A stretch of 63,833 bases of DNA, the filler included, from Craspedostauros australis (Eukaryota): the NCBI GenBank assembly GCA_030167865.1. It is 10 parts of 10 records of this genome, joined end to end, with 100 filler letters (N's around TTAATTAATTAA, not from the genome) between each part and the next. Parts side by side here need not be neighbours in the genome. Positions count along the whole stretch, not along the records: positions 19,375 to 23,381 come from JALAGF010006339.1; positions 23,482 to 28,914 come from JALAGF010006340.1; positions 29,015 to 33,359 come from JALAGF010006343.1; 7 more parts are not named here. One strand, given 5' to 3'. Positions 22,269 through 33,459 of the stretch are shown one piece after another. Below the pieces are notes generated by a model. That model made no database searches. It had not been told where the DNA came from and saw only the letters and a program-made list of their open reading frames with translations. Numbering within the stretch: position 1 is the stretch's first letter; each line of letters opens with the position of its first letter. The position numbers were made by a program, and so were the translations under genes.

Positions 22269-23381
22269 TTCCTGTCTGATTGTTTGCACCAACAATGTAC
22301 AGGCGTTGCGCATACACTGCCCGTGCACACACATTGACTTGGCATTCCCTGCACACGCACATTCCCTGCACACGCACATTCCCTGCACATGCACATTCCC
22401 TGCACATTCACATTCCCTGCACTTCATGAACATGTGATGCCACGAAGTCCGCATGGCGTATGTATGTCTCATGTGAGTCTGTACGGTGTCGCATACGACA
22501 TATCACCAACACACCATCTCCCCCTCGTGCTTGGTTTGCACGGGTTAAAATAGCAATAGCAACGATTGGGCACCCTCCCTCAAGGCATTAGAGACGCACA
22601 GCCGCGCATGGAATCGTGCTGTCCAAGCGGAAGGTGCAGTTGTGACGGTTTCGGTCAACAATTTGCTTGTGAACTGTAGGTGGTGGGTGTTGGAAAGGAA
22701 TGAAGGAATGTCTTAGCCTTGTCCTAACCATGTCCGCAGTATGTCTTGGGAAATCTGCGGATGGGAAAATGCTGACATGCAAATNNNNNNNNNNNNNNNN
22801 NNNNNNNNNNNNNNNNNNNNNNNNNNNNNNNNNNCCAACAATGTACAGGCGTTGCGCATACACTGCCCGTGCACACACATTGACTTGGCATTCCCTGCAC
22901 ACGCACATTCCCTGCACATGCACATTCCCTGCACATGCACATTCCCTGCACATTCACATTCCCTGCACATGCACATTCCCTGCACATTCATATTCCCTGC
23001 ACATTCACATTCCCTGCACATCATGAACATGTGATGCCACGAAGTCCGCATGGCGTATGTATGTCTCATGTGAGTCTGTACGGTGTCGCATACGACATAT
23101 CACCAACACACCATCTCCCCCTCGTGCTTGGTTTGCACGGGTTAAAATAGCAATAGCAACGATTGGGCACCCTCCCTCAAGGCATTAGAGACGCACAGCC
23201 GCGCATGGAATCGTGCTGTCCAAGCGGAAGGTGCAGTTGTGACGGTTTCGGTCAACAATTTGCTTGTGAACTGTAGGTGGTGGGTGTTGGAAAGGAATGA
23301 AGGAATGTCTTAGCCTTGTCCTAACCATGTCCGCAGTATGTCTTGGGAAATCTGCGGATGGGAAAATGCTGACATGCAAAT
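22269..23381 (+). repeat. ~600-bp segment duplicated across a gap, containing a 17-bp minisatellite (CATTCCCTGCACAYKCA)n
   Basis: 22269-22784 is near-identical to 22835-23381 apart from minisatellite copy number. Confidence 0.9.
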
Positions 23382-23872
23382 NNNNNNNNNNNNNNNNNNN
23401 NNNNNNNNNNNNNNNNNNNNNNNNNTTAATTAATTAANNNNNNNNNNNNNNNNNNNNNNNNNNNNNNNNNNNNNNNNNNNNACACTTCGAAGGTGTCCAG
23501 CACATCTCTGTGAGCGCATACCATTGCACAGGGGTGTGGTGCTTGTCTGTGGTGCTTGTCTGTGGTACTTGTCTGTGGAGAGTCATCCGAGACAACATGG
23601 CGTGTTCCTGCATTCAGCTCAACACGGCGAGCTTGGGGATGGGTGCAAACATGAGTGCAAACATGAAAGCATGAGAGCATGTGGACAGATCTGCATCAGC
23701 CTGGGAATGCAACATTGTACATCACAGAGTACAGAACACAATTGAAGTAGAGTACGTAAACAGTTTTAGATTTTGAAGAAACCGCTCATGTCCTGTACGA
23801 CTACTGAATATTCGTCATCTACTCTCCTCAACTTCATGACGAGTTCGTTCCCCAGTCTTCTGTGGTGGTGCT

Positions 23873-24225
23873 TCACTTGTCCTCCTCCTCAGCAGCGCTG
23901 TTGCTCTCACTTTCAAAGGATGATTTGATGGAACGCACGAAACCCACCAATGTTACACGATCCATGTATGAATCCACTTGCGCACTACCCTCATCTTCAT
24001 CCACAACCTTGTACAGCTCCATCATAGACATGCGACTGTACTCGTCATCAACACCATCGCTGACTGTTCCTCCACTGCAAAGGACTTGGATGCCTCCCAT
24101 CAGTTGAGGTTGTTGAATGATCTTGTTGAAATCTGGATGACCAAGACAAGCCTGTGCATTTTGAGATACCACTCTCATTGCCGCATCTTCCAACACTGAA
24201 CAGCTGTGTTGATGGGCGAATATCA
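23873..24225 (-). CDS. Second copy (allele or paralog fragment) of the ankyrin-BTB C-terminus with a different tail
   Basis: Near-identical to 24391-24750, including downstream sequence, but ends SSFESESNSAAEEEDK rather than SPSGQLRLAARKRKRSQEK. Confidence 0.65.
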
Positions 24226-24390
24226 NNNNNNNNNNNNNNNNNNNNNNNNNNNNNNNNNNNNNNNNNNNNNNNNNNAAACAGTTTTAGATTTTGAAGAAAC
24301 CGCTCATGTCCTGTACGACTACTGAATATTCGTCATCTACTCTCCTCAACTTCATGACGCATTCGTTCCCCAGTCTTCTGTGGTGGTGCT

Positions 24391-26415
24391 TCACTTCTCT
24401 TGGCTCCGCTTTCTCTTTCTCGCCGCCAGTCTCAGCTGTCCAGAGGGTGATTTGATGGAACGCACGAAACCCACCAATGTTGCACGATCCATGTATGAAT
24501 CCACTTGCGCACTACCCTCATCTTCATCCACAACCTTGTACAGCTCCATCATAGACATGTGACTGTACTCGTCATCAACACCATCGCTGACTGTTCCTCC
24601 ACTGCAAAGGACTTGAATGCCTCCCATCAGTTGAGGCTGTTGAGTGATCTTGTTGAAATCTGGATGAGCAAGACAAGCCTGTGCATTTTGAGATACCACT
24701 CTCATTGCCGCATCTTCCAACACTGAACAGCTGTGTTGATGGGCGAATATCAGCGTATCAATCATGGTGTCCTTTGTGAGGTGCTTGCGAGCCAACTCCG
24801 CTTCAAGAACAAGCTTGAGTCGCCAGAAACCGAACTCGTCGGCCACAAGGATCAGCTGCTGCAGATCGTGTTGTCCATTGAGGATGGGAGTTGGCTGGTC
24901 ATCGCCATCGTCATGATCGCTCTCATCGAAGGATATCTCCCCCTTGTAGATGCATTCGATGACATGGCGGACATATTTGGGTTGGAGGTCAGGAAGAGCC
25001 ACGGTTGTTTGGATGGAGTCAGTGATCGGGTCAGCGACAGGGTCAGGAACATGATCAGTGAGAGAATCGTCCCATGAAGATGACAGCGAGGATGACGATG
25101 ACGGTGGGGATGATGGCTTGGTCAAAGATAGATGGTGGATTCCAGAGTCGATCAATGTTTGAATCGATGGGACGGTGACCACAAGGACTCCGCTGTTTGC
25201 CTTGATCGGTTGTTGTCGGTCGCCTTGTCCACACAGGAAAACGATGTCTGCGTTCGCCTCGGTACGAACAGCGCTGCAACGATCTTGGCCGATGTTGATG
25301 TTGGTCGTTGTGTTGATGTTCGACTTGTTGTGCTTGGGTGTTGCTGCGGCAGTGCTTGTGATGCTTCGTTTGTGAAGCTGTAGTTGTGAGCTCAGGTGAC
25401 TGAGACGCTCCATGATCGATTTCATCATGTCGATCTGATGTGTTGGATCGATCACATCGAGAGGTGTTCTGTTGTCGTTGTTCTTGATGTCGATATCGAT
25501 GTTAGCGTTGGCCGATTCGATGAGGCACTTGACGCAGTCAGAATGACCAAAGCAGCATGCGCGATGAAGGGGAGTGTCACCATAGTTGTCTTTGCAGTTG
25601 ACGTTGACCTCACACGATTCAATGAGATACTTGACACACTCGAGATGGTCATTGCGGCATGCCAGATGAAGAGGAGTGGAACCATAGTTGTTTTTGTAGT
25701 TGGCGTCGACCTTCGCAGAGTCGACGAGATACTTGACACACTCGAGATGACCATTGTGGCATGCCAGATGAAGAGGAGTGTTATCATATTCGTTTTTGAA
25801 GTTTGCATCAGCCTTCGCAGAGTCGACGAGGTACTGGACACACTCGAGATGACCTTCGGAGCATGCCAGATGAAGAGGAGTGTCATCATCGTTGTCTTTG
25901 CAGTTGGTGTTGGCCTTCGCAGAGTCGACGAGGTACTTGGCACACTCCAGATGACCATTGGAGCATGCATCATGAAGAGGAGTGCCACCATCGTAGTGTC
26001 TGCGGTTGGTGTCGGCCTTCGCAGAGTCGATGAGGTACTTGACACACTCGAGATGACCTTCGGAGCATGCCAGATGAAGAGGAGTATTACCATACTCGTT
26101 TTTGAAGTTGGCATCAGCCTTCGCAGAGTCGACGAGGTACTTGACACATCCGAGATGACCATTTTGGCATGCCAGATGAAGAGGAGTGTTACTATCTTCG
26201 TCTTTGCAGTTGGCATCGGCCTTCGCAGAGTCGACGAGGTACTTGACACACTCCAGATGACCATTTTGGCATGCCAGATGAAGAGGAGTGTCACCATCGT
26301 CGTCTGCGACCTTGTTGACATCAACGCCTTCCTTCTGCTTCTTCCATTCCTTCAACACAGACACATCACCTGCCTCGGCAGCATCAAGGAGTTGTTGGTT
26401 CGAAACATCCACCAT
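24391..26415 (-). CDS. Ankyrin-repeat + BTB/POZ(-BACK-like) protein, putative cullin-3 substrate adaptor
   Basis: Eight ~34-aa TPLHxAC..GHLECVKYL repeats plus caps. BTB-like ADIVFLC...LPDLQPKYVRHVIECIYKG...LILVADEFGFWRLKLVLE, then DTLIFAHQHSCSVLEDAAM. Confidence 0.88.
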   Translation of the reverse strand: MVDVSNQQLLDAAEAGDVSVLKEWKKQKEGVDVNKVADDDGDTPLHLACQNGHLECVKYLVDSAKADANCKDEDSNTPLHLACQNGHLGCVKYLVDSAKADANFKNEYGNTPLHLACSEGHLECVKYLIDSAKADTNRRHYDGGTPLHDACSNGHLECAKYLVDSAKANTNCKDNDDDTPLHLACSEGHLECVQYLVDSAKADANFKNEYDNTPLHLACHNGHLECVKYLVDSAKVDANYKNNYGSTPLHLACRNDHLECVKYLIESCEVNVNCKDNYGDTPLHRACCFGHSDCVKCLIESANANIDIDIKNNDNRTPLDVIDPTHQIDMMKSIMERLSHLSSQLQLHKRSITSTAAATPKHNKSNINTTTNINIGQDRCSAVRTEANADIVFLCGQGDRQQPIKANSGVLVVTVPSIQTLIDSGIHHLSLTKPSSPPSSSSSLSSSWDDSLTDHVPDPVADPITDSIQTTVALPDLQPKYVRHVIECIYKGEISFDESDHDDGDDQPTPILNGQHDLQQLILVADEFGFWRLKLVLEAELARKHLTKDTMIDTLIFAHQHSCSVLEDAAMRVVSQNAQACLAHPDFNKITQQPQLMGGIQVLCSGGTVSDGVDDEYSHMSMMELYKVVDEDEGSAQVDSYMDRATLVGFVRSIKSPSGQLRLAARKRKRSQEK

Positions 26416-28111
26416 GTTGAGATGATGGTCGATGGTAGATGATTGTTGAGCGTTTGTTAGTTGGATGGTGCGTGAACGATGAGTGGACGATGCGTGGACG
26501 ATTGTTGATTGATTGTTGATTGTTCGATTGTTGGATGATTGGTTGCCGAGGATGATTTTATGGCATGATGCCTGCTTTATGAGATGAAATGGTCAAGATC
26601 CCGATTGTGTGTCCCAATTCCACCAGTGCAACGACGACCACGTGAACGAGTACGAATACGAGTATGTACGCGTAGTTGTATGATGCCGTGTGATGAGCAG
26701 CATGCCAACGCCTCTTGTTGGTGGATTCGAGCGTGGATTTCGATACCTGGAGTAGGACTCGCACAACGTTGTTGTCTCCTTGCCTCTGTCTTTCATTGTC
26801 TTTCATTGTCTTTCTCTCTCCTTCTGTCGCTTTCTTTCTGTGTTGGTCTCCGTCCCTTGATCACCATCCCTTGATTGCCATCCCACGATCGTGTCCTGCT
26901 TCGGTACGAGTACGATCTATGGAGTGTTGTGGAGGAGGATCACCAGCGTGGAGTCTCAACACCCGTCGTGTCCTGGTTTTGTTGAGTCATGTGGGGTGCC
27001 AGGAAGTGGAGTTGGACGAGAACACTCTCCGCAAGACGATCTTTGTGGGTTGTGGGAACGAAACGAGGGATCTTGTGTGATGAGAACGGAGTATCTTCGA
27101 CTCGTGGGATCGTTGAAACAAGTTGGGACAGACTAGCTCCGGGACTGACCCGGGACTTGACTGTCCATTCCGCGTACACGGTATTCGGTACCCAAGACCG
27201 ATACTGTGATGAAAGGCTACCGCACACACGATGTGTAGTTGAACTGCAATCCATGCGTTGTTCACCCTCCAGCTCATGCACCCCTGCCACCTGTCCAACT
27301 CGTCACCCTGACGAACAAGCACCCATCTTGAAGCATATCCATGTGAATGGATCAGCTGCTGTTCTACGGGTAATGATACTGGAGGACTGTATGTGTGCAG
27401 GATCACCACGGTATGCTGCTGCGCAACAAAGAACGGCTGAAGTACGACAGCACGAACCCCACCTTTTTACTCGATCGTCCTATCAATAGCAAGCTTAACA
27501 CATAAAGCAAGCAATCAGAAACAATCTTCACAGCTTACTTCCGAGTCTACTACAGTTACATCATCGTCTGATACAGCTTTGTCCTCAACATCAAACGGCG
27601 TCAAAACCGGTTGAAGGACAGACCATCCTCCTGACAACGTGCGAAAGACACAGAATACCAACTAAACAGAACAATGACCAGTGTCACCAATCGAAAGCAT
27701 GAAGAAGGCGATCGATCAATCGATGTGACACACATCCAGTTCGAACTGTTCGGGCAATGTTGTCATTGGTTCATTTGGTCATGAGAGCACGAGCCATGTG
27801 ACACAATTGACTGTGTCTCGTGATGCATCCTCATCCATGTGAATGTGGTTGTGCTCCGATCCACACAAATAGAATACCAACTAGAGAGTGCTCTGTATTT
27901 GGTATAGTAGTATATTATACAATAGAATAGAACACATAGTGATTCTTTGTAGTCTACGGCTTTGTGTTCATGAAGCAGCGTAGCCTTTGATATTCGTCTG
28001 ATGCCAAGTGCATAGATCGTTCGTGGCAACGTGAATTGCCTTTCTGTCATTGCGAAGCCACTGTGCCGAACGCTGCTGAGTCGAGTACCATTGTTCGGAC
28101 CAGCTCACATT

Positions 28112-28407
28112 TCACTTCTGCAACTGTGCCATGAGGGTCGCCATCTGATCCTGCAGGACTTGCAGCTGCGAGGCAGCCGTCGCCTTGAGGCTGGGTCCGA
28201 GCTGCTGGATGCCATCAGTATCATTGAGCCTGACGACCTGACCATCACCGATGTTTATCTCGAAGTTGGCGCCCTCGTAGTTTGTTGGTGATGTTTGGTT
28301 GTTGTTGCCCTTGTGCTTCTTGGTGACAGTTGCAGCAAGTTGCATTCGTACTTGGCGTTGAAATCCCGGATCTTCATCCTTTTCACGGCCCTCGATAGCT
28401 TGAGCAT
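28112..28407 (-). pseudogene. Possible Borealin/CDCA8-like gene relic
   Basis: MLKLSRAVKRMKIRDF resembles the end of the Borealin N-terminal helix. FEINIGDGQVVRL...LQVLQDQMATLMAQL resembles the C-terminal dimerisation domain. The two parts are in different frames with the middle missing. Confidence 0.35.
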
Positions 28408-30130
28408 GTTGGCGATGTGTGTGTCAATAGGACTGAGTGTGTGAATCGATGTTGTTCGCTTATACAATATATATTATTCCATTATAGATATAATAGAATA
28501 TATAATGATAGAATGTTAGAATGGGATTGATGAGTTTGGGAGTTGCAGTCTGCCCACGTGACAGCGGCTCACCCAGCTCTGTGGGAAGATATGGGTGCGA
28601 GGTGTTCGCTACATTGGTGGTGGTCAAGCGAGTCACGGGCGGGACTAGAATCAACAACAACATCACTGTCAATCACAACAACCACACCAACAACGAATCT
28701 CAGCTACGGTAAGGTTCTGGTGGTCCCCAACATTGCGCGCAAGGTATCGAACAGGCCCCGACGCAGAGTCCGACACACTTCTCTTGTCACGGAACTTCGG
28801 CAGGTCATGCCATCGGTGGTGGAGCAGGAATCGCACGCATCCTTCAACTTCGTGGTCAACGGCGACGACAATAATACCAACAACAATGCCAGTCCAACAT
28901 CATTCTCCCTCTTCNNNNNNNNNNNNNNNNNNNNNNNNNNNNNNNNNNNNNNNNNNNNTTAATTAATTAANNNNNNNNNNNNNNNNNNNNNNNNNNNNNN
29001 NNNNNNNNNNNNNNTACTCATACTACAACCGCAGCACAACAGATACAACGAGCATCGCATCGGCGGAGGCACCTTTGGAATGAAGCAAAAAATGTGACGG
29101 TTTTTGTGTCGGCGTGGCGACGATGTGTGCGTGCGCATGTGATGATGTGTGTGATGTCCACAAGTGGAAAATGTCAATCGATTCCGGAGCAGCTAACGGT
29201 GTATAACGTGTTCCAAACGAACGAGGAGGAAGGAAAAAGCTGGAGACACCAACGTGAATGGGCACCAATCGTTATTAACTCGGAACACCAAAGAACCTTC
29301 GGAAAACTACATCGTGGAAGGCTACGTTTGACCCCTACGACTTCAAATATTTGATGGTCCATAAAACTTAAACTATGAACTTTAAGTTTCTGGGTAATTT
29401 TCCTGTTGCTATAGAGACTATAATGAGTTGGTTTATATCCTTGGTTGGGTTTAAATCGAAGAAAAATTGCCACTCTACTTTACCAAAGGTTGGTCGACTC
29501 ACTCACCTGGGTCTTATGAACAAATAAACTGCAATTTTTACGTGCAGTATCTCCGTTTGAGTATCTCGAGTTGACAAACTCCATTGTCGCAACTGAACGA
29601 CGATTCCGACCGATACCTTCATGATATCATGGCGATGGGACTATCGTATGCTCCGTATTGTTGTCGCTCATCTCAAGTACTACCACCAAAATACCAAGAC
29701 ATACGAAAAATTGACAAAATTGTTTCAACAAAATCCCAACAAAACAAGGACAGAAGTGTCCCTTTGATGTGAACGGCGACACGGCGCCATCGCCACCAAC
29801 TATGCCAACATCAACACCAGGAGTGGCATCGACACAGAAAATGGTATCGACACTGTCATTGAGTCCAACTATGCAGAGGCTTGCATTAACAAAAAGGTCC
29901 AACCCATGCTCTGTATAGTGCTTGGAACAACTACCTGCTGAACACATTCAGCCACGCTTCCGACTATCCCTTCATGACCCAGGCCCAATGCGTTCATTAT
30001 ATCCTTTTTTCGGCCCGTGTTAAATTTTGAACGAGGTTTCCCTACCAGGAGCTACGACAGAAAGCCTTCTTTTTTAATCTAGTTCGGAACCATTCTTCTT
30101 TTCACACGGTTTTACTAGTAAAAAAATTCG

Positions 30131-33100
30131 TCAGCCCTGATCCTGACCATGGTATGTAGCCCAGTGTTGCTTGCAGATGTAGACATCACAGATGTTGCAC
30201 ATCCTTCTCACTCTTTTCGGTTTCACCCCTGCCTTTCCGTCTTGCTTTGCTTTCGCCTTCAAGAACGCACAGTATGTGCAGGTCCGCTGGCACCCTTGTC
30301 TCACGATGAGCTCCTTGTGGTCGCGATACTCTCCTGTCAGTCTCTTCAAACTCAGCGTTGGTGACTTTCTGCTCATTCTGGATGCTGTTTGGATCGATCT
30401 TGGCGCTGGCCTTGATGGTGTGGTTGCCTGTGCCCTTGCCCTTGTTGACCTCGATTCATACATGACACCTTTCGCAACAAGCCGTTCAATCATCTNNNNN
30501 NNNNNNNNNNNNNNNNNNNNNNNNNNNNNNNNNNNGACCAGCATGTTGTGGGCGATCCAGGCATTCACCCTCAGGATGTCCAGCAGGTGAAACATCAGGG
30601 GCATCCACACTCGTCGGCATCGGAGATTCGGTCCGTAGTAGGCGATGAACTGATCGCACTTGTCCACGCCTCCCATCCGGTGATTGTAGTCGTCAATCAT
30701 CTTCGGTATGCGAATCCTCGCGTTCCAATTGCTCCCCCACACTTGTTTGAGGTGAGACTTGTTCGTCTGGGTCTCCCTTGGCTTGTGGCGATCCTTCTGC
30801 ACTGTCTCATTTCCGTAGTGGATGGTGCTGACCATCAAGACAACNNNNNNNNNNNNNNNNNNNNNNNNNNNNNNNNNNNNNNNNNNNNNNNNNNNNNNNN
30901 NNNNNNNNNNNNNNNNNNNNNNNNNNNNNNNNNNNNNNNNNGGAGGGAAGCCACGACGATTCCGAGCAGTGCCAACGATTCCCAGCCCCATTCTCCTGGA
31001 GTTCTCAATCACAGTCTTTGTTGTGAAAAGATTATCCATTGCCACGACATGCCCCAAATTTGGATCAAGAACAGCCATCAACTCTTGCACTGTGTTGTTG
31101 ATCTTCGTTGTCTTATCCAGTCTTCCAGCAGGANNNNNNNNNNNNNNNNNNNNNNNNNNNNNNNNNNNNNNNNNNNNNNNNNNGGGCATCCACACTCGTC
31201 GGCATCGGAGATTCGGTCTGTAGTAGGCGATGAACTGATCGCACTTGTCCACGCCTCCCATCCAGTGGTTGTAGTCGTCAATCATCTTTGGTAGGTGAAT
31301 CCTCGCGTTCCAATTGCTCCCCCACACTTGTTTGAGGTGAGACTTGTTCGTCTGGGTCTCCCTTGGCTTGTGGCGATCCTTCTGCACTGTCTCATTTCCG
31401 TAGTGGATGGTGCTGACCATCAAGACAACGTTGTTGTCAACCCATCTTGTGATGACGTGATCATCAGATTGTGTCCACAGATACAGCAAATTGAAGCGTC
31501 CATCTTCAATATCCTTCAGCTCCTTGGGAGGGAAGCCACGACGATTCCGAGCAGTGCCAACGATTCCCAGCCCCATTCTCCTGGAGTTCTCAATCACAGT
31601 CTTTGTTGTGAAAAGATTATCCATTGCCACGACATACCCCGAATTTGGATCAAGAACAGCCATCAACTCTTGCACTGTGTTGTTGATCTTTGTTGTCTTA
31701 TCCAGTCTTCCAGCAGGAAGGATATGGTACATGAACCCAGATGCAGAGCAGCACAGCGCGAAGAACTTGTATCCTTCTTTGATGGGCTTTTGCTTCATGC
31801 GATGGGTTTGGCTTGATTGGCCTTTGAAGCGTACCATCATCTCGTCGATGGAGCAGGCAAACCCTGGCTTTGCGCACACCTTCTGAGAGACCCGGTTGGT
31901 ATGGTCCAGCAGTAGTTGGACCTTGGCATACCATGAGCGATCGGAAATGATCACAGGGGGCATTGAAGGTGGTGGTGGTGCAGGTTTGCAGGCTGCCCTG
32001 CTCTCGGACCCATGTGGGGCAACATTGTCAGAGAGGTCGGATAGCGTTGATGAGGATGCTGAGGCATCAGCTGACATTCCAGAAGTTGTGGCCGTCTGCG
32101 ATGATGATCTGGTGCCGCGGCTCTGATCTGTTGGAGAGACATCATCATCCATATCGTCTGCAGATGTATCGCTGCTGTCAATTGAAGAATCTGACTGGCC
32201 ATCCAAGTGTTCAGCCATTGCAGTGAGATGGATGTGATTCCAAATGACTTGGTATTGTGCTCTTGTCATGTATGTCATGAGCTCGTGAGAAGGAATGGAA
32301 ATGGAAGCAGCTCTCCAGTAGTCTCTCTTTGCAGGGGCGTCAAAGAAGCCCATGTAGAAGTACATTGCAAGGAATATGTACAGTTCACATACTGTCACTG
32401 GTTCAGCATTGGATCGACTGTTTCGAATATGATTGTTGGTATGAAGCTGGATGCTCTCCACAAGAGTCTCAGGGAAGAAGATTTCCAAGATGCTCTCAAT
32501 CGTGGTGGCAACATTTGGTATTCCATGGAACTTGGGCTTGTGATTGCCCACAGGGAGTGGTGTGTAGTTGCTTTGATGGTTGCTGCTGATGTTGATGGTG
32601 TACTGACTGCCATCAACTGTTGCATGGGTGCTGATGCTTTCCTGGTTCCCAATGCTTCCTTCAGATGGGTCAGCTGTGATTGCAAAGTCAGTTGTGATGG
32701 TTTCATTTGATGGGCTGGCATCAGTTTTGATGCATGCAGTGTTGCTCTGATTGGATGCCGTGTCCATCTGCGTGGCCATATGCGTTGACATGCGTGTGGC
32801 CATGCGCCCAGCAATGCCAGACGGATTGCTGACGATGCTTGTTCCATCCACTGCAGGTAGTATGACGATGCCAGCATCAATTTTGCGATCCACTGCAGGT
32901 GGAATGATGATGCTGGCATCGATTTTGCCCTCCACCGCAGGTGGCACGATGATGCTGCTCTTGCCATTGGTGTGCATGGTGGTTGATGAATGATTGGTTG
33001 TTGGCGGGTTGTCGTCGAGGCCCCTGAGGGTGGTCGAATCCAGAGGCAGCCATTTGCATGGAGGAGACCAATTCAACTTTGGAGAATCGTTGAGGAAAAC

Positions 33101-33214
33101 CACATGCGGACGAGAGCTGGTGTAGGGGAGATCAGGCTCTGCAAAGAAGGACGGCTGGCTGCTGGTTGGTGTGGAAGGTGGCTCCTTGTGCTTGGCACGG
33201 GTGAACTTGACCAT
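30131..33214 (-). mobile_element. piggyBac transposase (DDE_Tnp_1_7 with C-terminal Cys-rich domain); internal duplication across gaps
   Basis: SIDEMMVRFKG, KPIKEGYKFFALC, VAMDNLFT, YNHWMGGVDKCDQ and CTYC...CNICDVYICKQHW. TTAA|CTCGG at 29276 is a possible 3' terminus. Confidence 0.93.
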
Positions 33215-33227
33215 GATGGATGATCCA

Positions 33228-33320
33228 TGTGGTGATGTGATGATGTGATGATGTGATGATGTGATGATGTGATGTTGTGATGTTGTGATGTTGTGATCTT
33301 TTGATTTTGTGATGTGATGG
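33228..33320 (+). repeat. (TGATG/TGATGTGA)n simple repeat just upstream of the piggyBac start codon
   Basis: Directly visible. Confidence 0.85.
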
Positions 33321-33459
33321 GAAGGGGAGATGTGACGACAAAAATGGGATGGAGAGACCNNNNNNNNNNNNNNNNNNNNNNNNNNNNNNNNNNNNNNNNN
33401 NNNTTAATTAATTAANNNNNNNNNNNNNNNNNNNNNNNNNNNNNNNNNNNNNNNNNNNN

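Noticed and set aside
25396..26442. Long antisense and alternative-frame ORFs over the ankyrin gene (and similar ones over SIT, PSDL, CSN5 and CCX)
   Set aside because: Shadow ORFs produced by repeats and GC3-biased codon usage, with no independent motifs.
29276..30023. TTAA-flanked MITE between 29276 and 30023
   Set aside because: The two ends (CTCGGAAC vs CACGGGCC) match too weakly to call as TIRs.
30537..31730. Duplicated catalytic domain in the piggyBac transposase
   Set aside because: Near-identical copies flank a 50-N gap, as at 15.6, 22.8, 35.3, 58.2 and 63.3 kb. This pattern indicates unmerged overlaps or haplotypes.
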